From Candidatus Latescibacterota bacterium (GTDB lineage: Bacteria; Latescibacterota; UBA2968): DNA of 64,000 nt. The notes beneath the pieces were generated by a model. That model searched no databases, had not been told where the DNA came from, and was given only the letters and a program-made list of their open reading frames with translations. The stretch spans positions 5,184,001-5,248,000 of the forward strand of contig OZ242320.1 in the NCBI GenBank assembly GCA_965208125.1, written 5' to 3'. Both the position numbers and the translations under genes were made by a program. Positions 11,189-21,873 of the stretch are shown one piece after another (positions within the stretch are counted from its first letter, which is position 1; each line of letters opens with the position of its first letter).

Positions 11189-14100
11189 TCAGTCAATCTG
11201 CGCGTTTTCGAGTACCACGTCCAAACACAGACTTTGCAATTCTTTGACCAGAACATTAAATGATTCTGGCACACCGGGTTCGGGTGGATTTTCTCCCTTT
11301 ACAATAGTCTCGTAAATTTTGGATCTACCCGCTACATCGTCGGATTTAACAGTGAGCATTTCCTGTAACATGTGTGCAGCACCATAAGCTTCGAGCGCCC
11401 AGACTTCCATTTCCCCAAAGCGCTGTCCGCCAAACTGAGCTTTACCGCCCAAAGGTTGCTGTGTGACCAGTGAATAGGGTCCAATCGAACGCGCGTGAAT
11501 CTTATCACTGACCAGATGCGACAGCTTCAACATATAAATGATGCCGACCATCACTTCTTTATCAAATGATTCCCCTGTTTTGCCATCGTAAAGGGGCGTT
11601 TTTCCGTTTTCGGGCAAACCAGCTTCTCGCAACATATTCTGGACATCGTCCATGCTCGCGCCATCAAACACAGGGGTCGCAAAGTGGAGATCCAGTTTGT
11701 GGGCTGCCCAACCTAAATGGGTTTCGAGGATTTGACCGAGATTCATGCGAGATGGTACACCGAGCGGATTCAAAACCAGATCAATGGGCGTACCATCGGG
11801 CAAATAGGGCATATCTTCTTCGGGTACAATAATCGAAATTACACCCTTGTTGCCGTGCCTACCGGCCATTTTATCCCCTACCATCAATTTTCTTTTGCGA
11901 GCGACATACACCTTCACCAGTTGCACAATGCCCGGCGGAAGTTCATCTCCGCGCGCGATTTTTTCAAGCTCTCGCTCGAGTTCTTCCTCCGCCTGCTGCA
12001 TCACGTAAGCGGCCAGTTCAATCAGTCGATCCACCTTTTGGGTTATCGCTGGACCATCACACCAATCCCCATCGGGTCTCACAGCACCCAAGTCAAATTT
12101 TTCCAGCAACCTTGCATTCAGCGCCGTGCCAGCCTTTACAACCACCTTGCCTTCTTCATCGCGCAAGGTATTGACTTTGCGATTTTTGAGAAGAGCCAAA
12201 ACCTGCTGATCGCGGCTTTGTTTTAATGACTCAATCTTGTCGGAAATGCGTTTTCCAGCAGCTTGGGCCTTTTCTCTGTCTTCATTTCGCGTCTTTTCAT
12301 CGCGCTCTTTACGAGAAAAAACTTTGCGATCCATGACCACGCCATCCATTCCCGGAGGAGCTTTGAGCGATGCATCGCGCACATCGCCGGCCTTTTCGCC
12401 AAAAATCGCACGCAACAAACGCTCTTCAGGCGACAATTCGGTTTCGCCCTTTGGGGTCACCTTCCCAACGAGAATATCACCCTGATTGACCTCTGCCCCC
12501 ACGCGAATGATGCCGTGCTCATCGAGATTGCGAACAGCTTGCTCACTCACGTTGGGAATTTCACGCGTAATTTCTTCTGTGCCGCGTTTGGTATCGCGGA
12601 CCTGGAGCTCAAATTCTTCAATGCTAATTGACGTAAAAATATCCTTTTTAATGAGCCGTTCAGAAACAATAATAGCATCTTCAAAGTTGTACCCATGCCA
12701 CGACATAAACGCCACGAGCACATTGGCACCCAGTGCGAGATCCCCTCTATCTGTGGCACAACCATCGGCCAATAACTGCCCCTTTTCAACTTTATCCCCA
12801 ACCTGTACGGCTGGGCGCTGGTTGATACAAAAATCCTGATTGGATCGCTTGAATTTGGTCAGATCGTAAATGTCTTCTTCAGACAGCGAAATGGTTTCAA
12901 TACTGCGACTTTTTCTGCGCCTAACGACAATTTTGTCGGCACTGACATACGTCACAACACCGGCGTTTTTCGCAATGATCACAGCTTTTGAATCAACGGC
13001 AACTTTGCGCTCGAGGCCCGTTCCAACACGCGGGGCATCAGTGATTAAGAGAGGCACACCTTGCCGCTGCATATTAGACCCCATCAATGCGCGGTTGGCC
13101 TCATCGTGCTCGAGAAAGGGAATGAGCCCGGCGGCGGCACTCACAAGCTGGAAAGGTGAAACGTCCATATAGTCAATCACTTCGGGATCGACCACGGGAA
13201 AATCGCCTCGCCGCCTCGCCTGCACGACAGTATTTTGAAACCCGCCCTTATCATCAAGCGACAGATTGGCCTGTGCAATAGTATGGCGATCTTCTTCATC
13301 GGCAGGCAAATATGCAATATCCTGTGTAACTTTGCCATTTTTGACCTTCCGATAGGGCGTCTCGAGAAAGCCGAAAGGATTGACCTTGGCATAAGTTGCC
13401 ACAGACACAATCAGGCCAATATTTGGGCCTTCGGGCGTTTCGATGGGACAAATGCGACCATAGTGCGTGTGATGCACATCACGCACCTCAAACCCCGCCC
13501 GATCGCGCGTTAACCCCCCAGGTCCTAATGCCGACAAACGACGTTTGTGGGTCAATTCGTCAAGCGGATTGATTTGCTGCAAAAACTGCGACAATTGGCT
13601 GCTGCCAAAAAAGGCCTGAACTACAGTAGATACAGTCCGCGCGTTGACCAGATCGTGGGGGGTAAGTTGCTCAGAATCGCGCAAACTCATGCGTTCTCTA
13701 ATCGTGCGCGCCATGCGTGCCAAACCAATACTAAATTGCTTGGAGAGCAGTTCGCCAACGGAGCGCACCCGCCGATTGCCCAAATGATCGATATCATCGG
13801 TAAACCCATCCCCCATGGCCAGGCTTAGTAGATAGCCAATGACGTTAATAAAGTCATCGATACACAGCATGGTGAAGTCAAGCGGAATATTATCGATCAT
13901 ATCCAAACGCTGGTTAATGCGATAGCGTCCAACAGTGCCCAGATTATAACGCCTGGGACTAAAAAAATGTCGCTCGAGCAATCCGCGTGCAGTTTCAATA
14001 TTGGGTGGATCGCCAGGGCGCAGCAGGCTATAAATCCGCGCGAGTGCTTCTTCCTCATTGTCACACGGATCTTTGTCCAGCGTATTGTTAATAATCCCGC

Positions 14101-15049
14101 CATCGTTTTCTGGATCGATATCCATCACTGTGATTTTGACGATCCGATTTTCCTTAAGGGCTAAGAGATGCTCCTCCATCAACGTGGTATATGCTTCGAC
14201 AATGACTTCGCCTGTCTTTTTATTTACCACATCTTCGGTAACAATTTGACCAAGCCAGTTCTTATATCCTTCGAGGAGGTCGGCATCATCGCTGGCTTTG
14301 GTAATGGCCTCCTGCTGCTCTTTAGTGACAATGCCACCGACGAGTTCTTCAGTAACTCTGACTGTGGTATCACCGTGAAAAATGCCCAGAATTTCCTCGA
14401 ACTTGTCAAACCCCAAAGCTCTCAACAAAGTCGTAACTGGCAATTTGCGTTTGCGGTCGATATGAACGTACATAATGTCGTTGATATCGAGACTAAATTC
14501 GAGCCAGGCTCCGTTGTCGGGAATGATTCTAGCTGAAAATAAACGCTTGCCATTAGGATGAATAGTGTCGTCAAAAAATACGCCAGGAGACCGGTGTAGT
14601 TGGCTGACGATCACGCGTTCTGAACCATTGATGACAAATGTACCTTCATCGGTCATCAATGGCAGTTCGCCCAAGAACACCGTCTGCTCGACGATATCTT
14701 TAACGCGAAATTCGCCATTCCCCTGCTTTTCTCGGGAAATCAGACGAAGCGTTGAACGCAGAGGCACGGCATAAGTCGTACCGCGTTCGAGACATTCTTG
14801 TACATCGTATTTAGGAGTTCCAACGGAATAATCTACAAACTCTAAAGAATAGAGATTGTGGGCGTCTGTGATCGGGAAAATACCGTGGAAAACCGCCTGT
14901 AGCCCTTGCTTTTCGCGTGCTACAGGCGGTATATCCTTCTGTAAAAACCAGTCATAAGAATCGATCTGGATATCCAGCAGATTCGGCATTTCGATTGCAG
15001 ACGTGAGAGTTCCATACGATTTCCGGTCAATAAATCCTCTATCTGCCAA
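11189..15049 (-). CDS. rpoB: RNA polymerase beta subunit
   Basis: [12 protein letters not shown] and [17 protein letters not shown] motifs. Confidence 0.99.
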   Translation of the reverse strand: MADRGFIDRKSYGTLTSAIEMPNLLDIQIDSYDWFLQKDIPPVAREKQGLQAVFHGIFPITDAHNLYSLEFVDYSVGTPKYDVQECLERGTTYAVPLRSTLRLISREKQGNGEFRVKDIVEQTVFLGELPLMTDEGTFVINGSERVIVSQLHRSPGVFFDDTIHPNGKRLFSARIIPDNGAWLEFSLDINDIMYVHIDRKRKLPVTTLLRALGFDKFEEILGIFHGDTTVRVTEELVGGIVTKEQQEAITKASDDADLLEGYKNWLGQIVTEDVVNKKTGEVIVEAYTTLMEEHLLALKENRIVKITVMDIDPENDGGIINNTLDKDPCDNEEEALARIYSLLRPGDPPNIETARGLLERHFFSPRRYNLGTVGRYRINQRLDMIDNIPLDFTMLCIDDFINVIGYLLSLAMGDGFTDDIDHLGNRRVRSVGELLSKQFSIGLARMARTIRERMSLRDSEQLTPHDLVNARTVSTVVQAFFGSSQLSQFLQQINPLDELTHKRRLSALGPGGLTRDRAGFEVRDVHHTHYGRICPIETPEGPNIGLIVSVATYAKVNPFGFLETPYRKVKNGKVTQDIAYLPADEEDRHTIAQANLSLDDKGGFQNTVVQARRRGDFPVVDPEVIDYMDVSPFQLVSAAAGLIPFLEHDEANRALMGSNMQRQGVPLLITDAPRVGTGLERKVAVDSKAVIIAKNAGVVTYVSADKIVVRRRKSRSIETISLSEEDIYDLTKFKRSNQDFCINQRPAVQVGDKVEKGQLLADGCATDRGDLALGANVLVAFMSWHGYNFEDAIIVSERLIKKDIFTSISIEEFELQVRDTKRGTEEITREIPNVSEQAVRNLDEHGIIRVGAEVNQGDILVGKVTPKGETELSPEERLLRAIFGEKAGDVRDASLKAPPGMDGVVMDRKVFSRKERDEKTRNEDREKAQAAGKRISDKIESLKQSRDQQVLALLKNRKVNTLRDEEGKVVVKAGTALNARLLEKFDLGAVRPDGDWCDGPAITQKVDRLIELAAYVMQQAEEELERELEKIARGDELPPGIVQLVKVYVARKRKLMVGDKMAGRHGNKGVISIIVPEEDMPYLPDGTPIDLVLNPLGVPSRMNLGQILETHLGWAAHKLDLHFATPVFDGASMDDVQNMLREAGLPENGKTPLYDGKTGESFDKEVMVGIIYMLKLSHLVSDKIHARSIGPYSLVTQQPLGGKAQFGGQRFGEMEVWALEAYGAAHMLQEMLTVKSDDVAGRSKIYETIVKGENPPEPGVPESFNVLVKELQSLCLDVVLENAQID

Positions 15050-15122
15050 GGGCTCACGCTCCTATGCTGGAAGGCTAACGGTCAGTTACGGATTTGTATT
15101 GCTGCACAAACTTACGACAACC

Positions 15123-15497
15123 CTACTTGAGTTCTACCACCGCACCGGCTTCTTCCAGTTCTGCCTTGATCTGTTCGGCTTCTTCTTTTTCTACGCTTTC
15201 TCTGACGGTATTGGGGGCCCCATCAACCAGAGCTTTGGCTTCTTTAAGCCCCAACGAGGTAAGGCTGCGAACAACCTTGATCACCTGGATTTTCTTGTCT
15301 CCAGAAGACGACAAAATCACATCAAATTCTGTCTGCTCTTCAACAGCGGGAGCAGCATCACCGCCACCGCCGCCGGGTGCTGCAACAACAGCTGCCTGTG
15401 CAGTCACACCAAACTTTTCCTCAAGTGCTTTGACCAATTCGGCCAACTCGAGCACTGAGAGTTTTTCAATTTCGCTAATAATGGATTCAACAGCCAT
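15123..15497 (-). CDS. rplL: 50S ribosomal protein L7/L12
   Basis: [21 protein letters not shown]; start at MAVESII after GGAGG. Confidence 0.98.
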   Translation of the reverse strand: MAVESIISEIEKLSVLELAELVKALEEKFGVTAQAAVVAAPGGGGGDAAPAVEEQTEFDVILSSSGDKKIQVIKVVRSLTSLGLKEAKALVDGAPNTVRESVEKEEAEQIKAELEEAGAVVELK

Positions 15498-15540
15498 GAA
15501 TATGCCTCCATCCAACAATGAATTGGGTGTGATAAGCGGT

Positions 15541-16074
15541 CTATTCGCCGCTTTCTTCCTCTTTTTTCTCAGCAACAGCTTGAAGTGTACCAACGAGTTT
15601 TTGCAAAATGCCATTCAACGTAAAGGCGAGGCCACTTATTGGACTTTGCATTGCAGATACCATCTGGCCCAGCAGAACATCGCGCGAAGGTATTTGGGCC
15701 AACCTCTCGATCTGGTCTGCGACAAATATATCGCCATCAATGTACCCGGCTTTAATCGCAGGCTTGCCATCGGTTTCTTCAGCGAATTTGGACAGTACAC
15801 GGGCCGGTGCTACGGGGTCTTCATCGGCGCAAACAAGCCCAGTGGGACCGCGGAACACATCGTCGAGTCCTTCAACTCCGGCTTGTTTAAGTGCCAATTT
15901 AGCCAACCGATTTTTGATTACGCGGTAAGAAACCGATTCTTCGCGGAGTTGCTTTCTCAACAGGGTGAATGAAGGAACGTCTAACCCCGTAAAATCAGTT
16001 AGATATACCCCCTTGGCCCGTTTTAAGATATCTGTCAATTCTGCGACAGTAGCCTCTTTTTGAGCTGTTGGCAT
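15541..16074 (-). CDS. rplJ: 50S ribosomal protein L10
   Basis: LRKQLRE...[10 protein letters not shown]; position between rplA and rplL. Confidence 0.97.
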   Translation of the reverse strand: MPTAQKEATVAELTDILKRAKGVYLTDFTGLDVPSFTLLRKQLREESVSYRVIKNRLAKLALKQAGVEGLDDVFRGPTGLVCADEDPVAPARVLSKFAEETDGKPAIKAGYIDGDIFVADQIERLAQIPSRDVLLGQMVSAMQSPISGLAFTLNGILQKLVGTLQAVAEKKEEESGE

Positions 16075-16091
16075 TTCTGTACCTTCCTTAA

Positions 16092-16793
16092 TCAATTGGC
16101 CGCCAGCGCGGTGCGGTCCAGGCGGATACCCGGCCCCATTGTAGTAGATAATGTGACAGAGCGCATGTACTGCCCTTTTGTAGCAGCTGGACGCGCTTTA
16201 ATAATTGCGTCGATCAATACCTGGGCATTTTCCCGAAGGCGCTGTGCATCAAAAGACGCTTTGCCCACAGGCGTATGCACATTGGCCGTTCTATCGACTC
16301 GATATTCTACGCGTCCCGCTTTGGCTTCCTGCACCGCACGTGCCGCATCGGGTGTCACTGTGCCACTCTTGGGATTGGGCATGAGACCTCGAGGTCCAAG
16401 AATACGTCCCAATCGTCCGACCTGTCCCATCATGTCGGGCGTAGCAATAGCCACATCGAAATCTGTCCAGCCACCATTGATCTTTTCCACCAGGTCTTCG
16501 GCTCCTACAAAATCTGCACCCGTCGCTTCGGCAGCAGTAGCAGGCTCGCCCTTGGCAAAAACGGCAACGCGTACGGATTTGCCCAGCCCGTGTGGCAAGA
16601 CGACTGTGCCGCGCACGAGTTGGTCGGCTTGCCGCGGATCAATGCCCAGTCGAAACGTAATCTCAACTGTTTCGTCAAATTTTCGAATGGGCATTTTTTT
16701 TAAGATGTCAATGGCGTCGGCCAGACCGTAATGCGTTTGGCGGTCAAAAAGCGCAGCCGCTTGTTTATAGCGTTTGGATTGCCCTCGTGCCAT
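16092..16793 (-). CDS. rplA: 50S ribosomal protein L1
   Basis: [23 protein letters not shown]. Confidence 0.99.
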   Translation of the reverse strand: MARGQSKRYKQAAALFDRQTHYGLADAIDILKKMPIRKFDETVEITFRLGIDPRQADQLVRGTVVLPHGLGKSVRVAVFAKGEPATAAEATGADFVGAEDLVEKINGGWTDFDVAIATPDMMGQVGRLGRILGPRGLMPNPKSGTVTPDAARAVQEAKAGRVEYRVDRTANVHTPVGKASFDAQRLRENAQVLIDAIIKARPAATKGQYMRSVTLSTTMGPGIRLDRTALAAN

Positions 16794-16805
16794 ACATACC
16801 TCCGG

Positions 16806-17231
16806 TCAATTGTTGACGGTCAGGCCCATACTGCGAGCCGTTCCTGCAATCATGCGCTTGGCAGCTTCGACGCTGCTCGCGTTGAGGTCTTGAACTTTCA
16901 TTTCTGCAATTTCCTGGAGTTGGGCATCGGTCACGGACCCCACTTTTTCTCGGTTGGATTCTGGCGACCCTTTGACAATCCCCGCTGCCCTTTTGAGCAA
17001 TACGGATGCAGGTGGACTTTTCAACTCAAAAGAAAAACTCCTATCCGCGTAAACCGTGATAATCGCGGGAATGATCAAACCCTGTTTGTCCTGAGTTTGT
17101 GCATTAAAAGCTTTGCAAAACTCCATGATATTGACGCCGTGCTGTCCCAAAGCTGGACCAACCGGTGGTGTGGGAGTCGCCTGCCCAGCGGGAATTTGTA
17201 ATTTGATTGTAGTGAGAATCTTTCTCGCCAT
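16806..17231 (-). CDS. rplK: 50S ribosomal protein L11
   Basis: [22 protein letters not shown]. Confidence 0.99.
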   Translation of the reverse strand: MARKILTTIKLQIPAGQATPTPPVGPALGQHGVNIMEFCKAFNAQTQDKQGLIIPAIITVYADRSFSFELKSPPASVLLKRAAGIVKGSPESNREKVGSVTDAQLQEIAEMKVQDLNASSVEAAKRMIAGTARSMGLTVNN

Positions 17232-17243
17232 TGGTGCCTCTCA

Positions 17244-17780
17244 TTATCGCGATTCGACAGCTTCTTCAACCTGCAAAACATCTAATTCCACGGGTGTATT
17301 GCGTCCAAAGATGCTAACCATTACTTTGATCTTGCTCTTTTCTGGATTGATGTCGTCAACCAGGCCAATAAAATCGCTGAAAGGCCCATCTATCACCTTA
17401 ACGCGATCGCCTACTTGATATGGAACATCAGAGGTTTCCTCGACCGGACGACGCTCAATTTGCCCCAAAATGCGGTTCACCTCTTCTTCGCGTAAAGGTT
17501 GCGGTTTTCTGCCTGGACCGACAAAGCTCGTCACACCCGGCACACTGGTGACAAAATAGAGGGACTCTTTGTCCATATCCAGTTCAACCAAAAGGTAACT
17601 GGGCAAAAATTTCTTGAGAGAGGTCGTTTTCCGTCCATCCTTCATCTCGACGACTTCTTCAGTTGGCACAATCACCCGGCCAATTTTGTCGCCAACATCA
17701 ATGTTTTCTTTGGCGGCCTCAATATAGCTCTTGACCTTATTTTCATGCCCAGAATAGGTGTGGACAACGTACCATTTCAT
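17244..17780 (-). CDS. nusG: Transcription termination/antitermination factor NusG
   Basis: KWYVVHTYSGHENKV; C-terminal KOW (VIDGPF, IFGRNTPVEL). Confidence 0.98.
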   Translation of the reverse strand: MKWYVVHTYSGHENKVKSYIEAAKENIDVGDKIGRVIVPTEEVVEMKDGRKTTSLKKFLPSYLLVELDMDKESLYFVTSVPGVTSFVGPGRKPQPLREEEVNRILGQIERRPVEETSDVPYQVGDRVKVIDGPFSDFIGLVDDINPEKSKIKVMVSIFGRNTPVELDVLQVEEAVESR

Positions 17781-17810
17781 CAGTCGAAGACTCCCCGACA
17801 AAAAATCCCG

Positions 17811-17996
17811 TTAAATCAGGATAAACTCCATAATACTCGCCAAAAAAGTATCTACAATATAAATGAATCCGGCCAGTGCAAGTGACAATATAAGTACTAT
17901 TGTGGTTGATGATTTGAGTTCGTCACGAGTAGGCCAGGTGACCTTTCCCATTTCAACGCGCACTTCGCTGAGAAATTGACTGATTTTACCAAACAT
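17811..17996 (-). CDS. secE: Preprotein translocase subunit SecE
   Basis: EMGKVTWPTRDEL plus one TM helix; lies between tRNA-Trp and nusG. Confidence 0.96.
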   Translation of the reverse strand: MFGKISQFLSEVRVEMGKVTWPTRDELKSSTTIVLILSLALAGFIYIVDTFLASIMEFILI

Positions 17997-18011
17997 AAGA
18001 AAATAAAAAAA

Positions 18012-18087
18012 TGGCAGGCCAGGCAGGACTTGAACCCGCAACCGTCGGTTTTGGAGACCGATGCTCTACCAGTTGAGCTACTGACCT
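18012..18087 (-). tRNA. tRNA-Trp (CCA)
   Basis: Cloverleaf, anticodon loop CTCCAAA, GGTTCAAGTCC T-arm, encoded CCA end. Confidence 0.96.
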
Positions 18088-18098
18088 ACCCAAAACAA

Positions 18099-18174
<76 letters not shown>

Positions 18175-18199
18175 GTTGGGCAATCCCCACTTGAGGTTC

Positions 18200-18276
18200 T
18201 GGAGCGGGAAACGGGACTCGAACCCGCGACCCTCAGCTTGGAAGGCTGACGCTCTGGCCAACTGAGCTATTCCCGC
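18200..18276 (-). tRNA. tRNA-Gly (TCC)
   Basis: GCGGGAATAGCTCAG start, anticodon loop CTTCCAA, GGTTCGAGTCCC T-arm, CCA end. Confidence 0.96.
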
Positions 18277-18352
18277 CCGGCTGTGTATAAAAAACGACCC
18301 TTTTCTGCAAAAGGGATCGGTATTGCCAAAAAATATTTTTCCGAGAATTAGC

Positions 18353-18381
18353 AAGATATGAAAAAGATAGTCTAAGGTCAA
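18353..18381 (-). promoter_or_regulatory. Putative sigma70 promoter for tRNA-Gly/Thr/Trp-secE-nusG
   Basis: TTGACC-17 nt-TATCTT on the minus strand. Confidence 0.55.
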
Positions 18382-18495
18382 GAGAATTTTGTATAAAATC
18401 AAACCTGTAATAGATCAAAAAAAGGTAAGTCAGCATTTTGTGTAATGCGAGCCTGGCACTTTCGCATTATTTGGGGAGGAAACAATTGGAGTTTT

Positions 18496-18581
18496 TGGTG
18501 GGGGGTGGCGGATTCGAACCACCGAAGGCATAAGCCAGCAGATTTACAGTCTGCCCCAGTTGGCCGCTTTGGTAACCCCCC
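18496..18581 (-). tRNA. tRNA-Tyr (GTA)
   Basis: GGGGGGT/ACCCCCC acceptor stem, anticodon loop CTGTAAA, long variable arm, CCA end. Confidence 0.96.
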
Positions 18582-18599
18582 AAATTGTACAGGCTTGAA

Positions 18600-18628
18600 A
18601 AAATACCAGAAGATATTTCGATAGTCAA
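18600..18628 (-). promoter_or_regulatory. Putative sigma70 promoter for tRNA-Tyr
   Basis: TTGACT-17 nt-TATTTT, ending 18 nt upstream of the tRNA. Confidence 0.5.
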
Positions 18629-18657
18629 GACCAAAATCGCTCAATGCCAATTGCAGA

Positions 18658-18686
18658 TTGACAAATTCGCCTACCTTTGCTATTTT
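18658..18686 (+). promoter_or_regulatory. Putative sigma70 promoter for the isomerase gene
   Basis: TTGACA-17 nt-TATTTT with extended -10 TG; divergent from the tRNA-Tyr promoter. Confidence 0.55.
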
Positions 18687-18747
18687 CCGAGTTCAGTTTT
18701 CCGCAGTTAATCTTCTCTTGTCAGATGCCTGTTGTGAAAGGAGCAAA

Positions 18748-19662
18748 ATGACCGACCCCATTCAAAATTATGCGCGTATTGGTATTGTTCACTTTATGGC
18801 CTATAAAGCCTGCATTGGAGGCGAAGGCCCGATTTTGGAAACCCTGGAAAAAATTGCCCTTGACCCCTATTTCCAGGTCGTTGAAGTCACCCACATGAAA
18901 GACCCGCAAGTGCGCACACAAGCACGCGACTTACTCACCGCTGCCCACATGGATGTGGCTTTTGGAGCGCAACCCATTCTGCTGGGCAATCAGCTCAATA
19001 TCAATGCCCCCGATGTCGCCCAACGTCAAAGTGCTGTTGACGCCGTCAAAGTGGGAATTGACCAGGCAGAAGCACTCGGTGCTCCAGGGTGTGCCCTGCT
19101 TTCAGGCGTAGATCCGGGTCCCGAGGGCCGCGAAGAAGGTCTCGACCTGCTGGTAGATTCTTTGAGCCAACTCTGCGAGTATGCCAGCGAAAAAAATATG
19201 GACATTGTACTTGAAACCTTTGACCGCGTACCTTATGGCAAAAATTGTATTGTAGGGCCTAATGCCCTCGCCGTTGAAGTATCAAACCGCCTCAGACGTC
19301 AGTATCCCAATTTTGGCCTGATGCTCGATTTGAGCCATTTTCCACTTCAAGGTGAAGACACGGTTTACGCCATCAACATCGCGCGGGATCACATCGTTCA
19401 CATGCACGTTGGCAATTGCGTGATGTCCAACCCCAATCACCCTGCCTATGGCGATAACCATCCCCGATTTGGCTGTGAAGATGGCGAAAACGATGTACCC
19501 GAAGTTGTGGAATTTCTCCGCGAACTGCTCAATATCGGTTACCTCGATCCCGATAAGCGTCCCATCCTTAGCTTTGAAGTCTCTCCGATGGAAGGAGAAT
19601 CTTCGGAAATAATTATTGCCAATGCCAAGCGCGTGCTCGACGAGGCCTGGGCGCAAGTCTAA
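18748..19662 (+). CDS. Sugar phosphate isomerase/epimerase (xylose-isomerase-like TIM barrel)
   Basis: Metal-ligand motifs LETFD, DLSHF, HMHVGN, SFEV; AGGAG RBS before ATG 18748. Confidence 0.8.
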   Translation: MTDPIQNYARIGIVHFMAYKACIGGEGPILETLEKIALDPYFQVVEVTHMKDPQVRTQARDLLTAAHMDVAFGAQPILLGNQLNINAPDVAQRQSAVDAVKVGIDQAEALGAPGCALLSGVDPGPEGREEGLDLLVDSLSQLCEYASEKNMDIVLETFDRVPYGKNCIVGPNALAVEVSNRLRRQYPNFGLMLDLSHFPLQGEDTVYAINIARDHIVHMHVGNCVMSNPNHPAYGDNHPRFGCEDGENDVPEVVEFLRELLNIGYLDPDKRPILSFEVSPMEGESSEIIIANAKRVLDEAWAQV

Positions 19663-19677
19663 ACGCGCACTCAAACT

Positions 19678-19720
19678 AAAAAAGCCGGACCTTCCGAGAT
19701 GGAAAGGTCCGGCTTTTTTT
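19678..19720. terminator. Bidirectional intrinsic terminator
   Basis: A6-GCCGGACCTT...AAGGTCCGGC-T7 between convergent genes. Confidence 0.85.
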
Positions 19721-19732
19721 ATCGCGAAATAC

Positions 19733-20479
19733 TCAATTCCAATACTCACTTCGTGCAGGCGGTCCAGACTTTAATGCCCTGCGGATCAACAGACCCAAAA
19801 CCCGGGTAAAAACCACTAATAAAAAAAAATTAAACATCGAAGCCAGCACCAACCCCACCCACGCCAACGGTTCCAATATCAAACTGCCGAGCAGAGATAT
19901 CCCAAACAGACCAAAACATGCTTGAACGTAGTCGAATCGAATAATCTGGCGCAAATCCCGCCAAACAGGCCCCGGCTCAAATGCCATCCACACGCGTCCC
20001 TCAGTGGCAAAACGCGTAAATACAATGGGAAAAAAACCGTAAAAAAAGATGACCATAAGTGTAAACAATAGCAACATAGGCCCGGCTTCTTCTACAGAAC
20101 CCGGTATCAAACCCAATACCGAAATCACCATTGCAAAACTCGCAAATCCAATGACACTATATCCCAGGACAATGAGGAATAACCAAAATCCCGCTACCCC
20201 GTAAGCCCACCAATTGCTCCATGATGGCAAGTGCAACGATTCAGTACCGTTGAGTGCATCGACAAAAATCCGGTATAAGTACCCCCAGGTAATGAACAAT
20301 AATCCAAAGATTACAACCAGCAATACCCCCCCCATCCAGAGCTTTATTTGCCCGGTGAGAATCAGAATCAGCACCAGCACGGACAGCAAATTTAATGCGC
20401 CGCCAGGGACAATTTTTTGCCACCAGCGCGGCGTCTTAAACAGGGAGCGAAGTGTATTAAACAAAATAATGCCAAACAT
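19733..20479 (-). CDS. DUF4013-like integral membrane protein
   Basis: Multiple TM helices; GYLYRI...LPSWSNW...G pattern typical of DUF4013. Confidence 0.6.
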   Translation of the reverse strand: MFGIILFNTLRSLFKTPRWWQKIVPGGALNLLSVLVLILILTGQIKLWMGGVLLVVIFGLLFITWGYLYRIFVDALNGTESLHLPSWSNWWAYGVAGFWLFLIVLGYSVIGFASFAMVISVLGLIPGSVEEAGPMLLLFTLMVIFFYGFFPIVFTRFATEGRVWMAFEPGPVWRDLRQIIRFDYVQACFGLFGISLLGSLILEPLAWVGLVLASMFNFFLLVVFTRVLGLLIRRALKSGPPARSEYWN

Positions 20480-20493
20480 AGCTTCCTAACATA

Positions 20494-21687
20494 TCAGACT
20501 GCGTCAAGTGCCCGTCCAACATCGACAATAATATCCTCAGCGTCTTCAATGCCCACAGCATAGCGCACCAACTCATCGGCAATGCCAATTGCCAATCGGT
20601 CTTCTCGTGCCAATTCGTAATACGAAATAGATGCGGGATGCGAAACGAGACTCTCCACACCTCCCAGACTGGCCCCTATACACGGAATTCGCAAGCGATC
20701 AATAAAATCCAGCGTCCCTGCCTCATCCGCATCTAAATCAAAACTCACCAGCCCGCCAAACCCACGCATCTGCGCTTTGGCAACATTGTGGTGTGGATGG
20801 CTTTCCAAACCGGGATAATACACGCGCTTTACCCGATCGTGCTTTTCCAAAAACCGCGCCAACATCAGCGCTGTTTCATTTTGCTTACTCATTCGCAGTG
20901 GGAAAGTCTTGATCCCCCGGATCAGCAAATAAGCGCAATGCGGGTCAATCACTCCCCCCAAAATACCTCGATAGTCCCGAATCGCACCAACAAGGGGCGC
21001 ATTGCCCAGCACAGCTCCAGCCATCAAATCGTTGTGTCCGCCCAAATACTTGGTCGCTGAATGAATGACCAGATCGATGCCAAATTCGAGCGGGCGCTGG
21101 TTTAAGGGCGTTGCAAATGTGCTATCAATAATCGTCTTGACCCGATGCCTTTTTCCAATGTCAACCAGTTTTTCCAGATCGATCACATTGAGATGTGGAT
21201 TGGTCGGAGATTCGGAAATAATTACCCGCGTGTTATCCCTGACTGCACCTTCTAATTCGGCGTAATCACCCGCGTGAACAAATGTGGTTTCAATACCAAA
21301 TTTTTTTAACACCATCTGACAAAATTGCGCGGTCTTGCGATAGCAATCATCCATAATCACCGCGTGGTGCCCGGTTGAGAGCATGCCCAGCAGCGTGGTT
21401 GTTACAGCACTCATACCCGACGAAAATAAAATAGCGGCCTCTGCGCCTTCCAATTCTGCGAGCTTGGATTCTGCGGCATGCTGTGTTGGATTGCCGTAGC
21501 GTCCGTAGTCAATCTGTGGGTTTTTGCCCGCTACAAACGCCTTAACCGCATGCGTATCTTCAAATACATAAGTCGATGTCTGGGCAATGGGCACTGTCAG
21601 AGATTTTCCCCAGTGTCCCCTTTCTTCACCTGCATGTACAGCCCGTGTTCCCGAACAGGGTCCGTGCGTTTCGCACTTTTCAGACAT
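20494..21687 (-). CDS. metB: Cystathionine gamma-synthase, plant-type (Cys/Met metabolism PLP enzyme)
   Basis: YGRYGNPT, DCYRKT, ESPTNP, HSATKYLGGHND (PLP lysine); SAM riboswitch upstream. Confidence 0.85.
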   Translation of the reverse strand: MSEKCETHGPCSGTRAVHAGEERGHWGKSLTVPIAQTSTYVFEDTHAVKAFVAGKNPQIDYGRYGNPTQHAAESKLAELEGAEAAILFSSGMSAVTTTLLGMLSTGHHAVIMDDCYRKTAQFCQMVLKKFGIETTFVHAGDYAELEGAVRDNTRVIISESPTNPHLNVIDLEKLVDIGKRHRVKTIIDSTFATPLNQRPLEFGIDLVIHSATKYLGGHNDLMAGAVLGNAPLVGAIRDYRGILGGVIDPHCAYLLIRGIKTFPLRMSKQNETALMLARFLEKHDRVKRVYYPGLESHPHHNVAKAQMRGFGGLVSFDLDADEAGTLDFIDRLRIPCIGASLGGVESLVSHPASISYYELAREDRLAIGIADELVRYAVGIEDAEDIIVDVGRALDAV

Positions 21688-21700
21688 GCGCTATCTCCAC

Positions 21701-21728
21701 AAAAAAAGCGGAGCTAAAAAAGCCCCGC
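21701..21728 (-). terminator. Leader terminator 2 upstream of metB
   Basis: GCGGGGCT-T5-AGCTCCGC followed by T7. Confidence 0.75.
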
Positions 21729-21737
21729 GCAGTACGC

Positions 21738-21766
21738 AAAAAAACCGGACTAAAAAGCCCGGTTTT
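21738..21766 (-). terminator. Leader terminator 1 upstream of metB
   Basis: AAAACCGGGCT-TTTT-AGTCCGG followed by T7. Confidence 0.75.
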
Positions 21767-21774
21767 GGGAATAA

Positions 21775-21825
21775 CTTTTTAGCGACTTGTTTAAAGTGGC
21801 TGCAATATGCCGCAAATCACCACTT
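21775..21825 (-). ncRNA. SAM-II (SAM_alpha) riboswitch aptamer
   Basis: Minus strand reads AAGTGGTGATTTG-CGGCATA-TTGCAGCCACTTTAAACAAGTCGCTAAAAAG, matching the SAM-II consensus GUGGUGAUUUG...UUGCAGCCAC.UUAAACAA.UCGCUAAA; lies directly 5' of a methionine biosynthesis gene. Confidence 0.88.
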
Positions 21826-21844
21826 GCTATAACTGTATTTTGGG

Positions 21845-21873
21845 AATGTAACCAAAACCCTCAACCCTGTCAA
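21845..21873 (-). promoter_or_regulatory. sigma70 promoter of the riboswitch-metB transcript
   Basis: TTGACA-17 nt-TACATT immediately after the thrC stop codon. Confidence 0.75.

Noticed and set aside
15094-15972. 292-aa plus-strand ORF, and similar long antisense ORFs such as 48080-49054, 39993-41003 and 46404-47450
   Set aside because: Shadow frames antisense to well-supported genes; no recognisable motifs.
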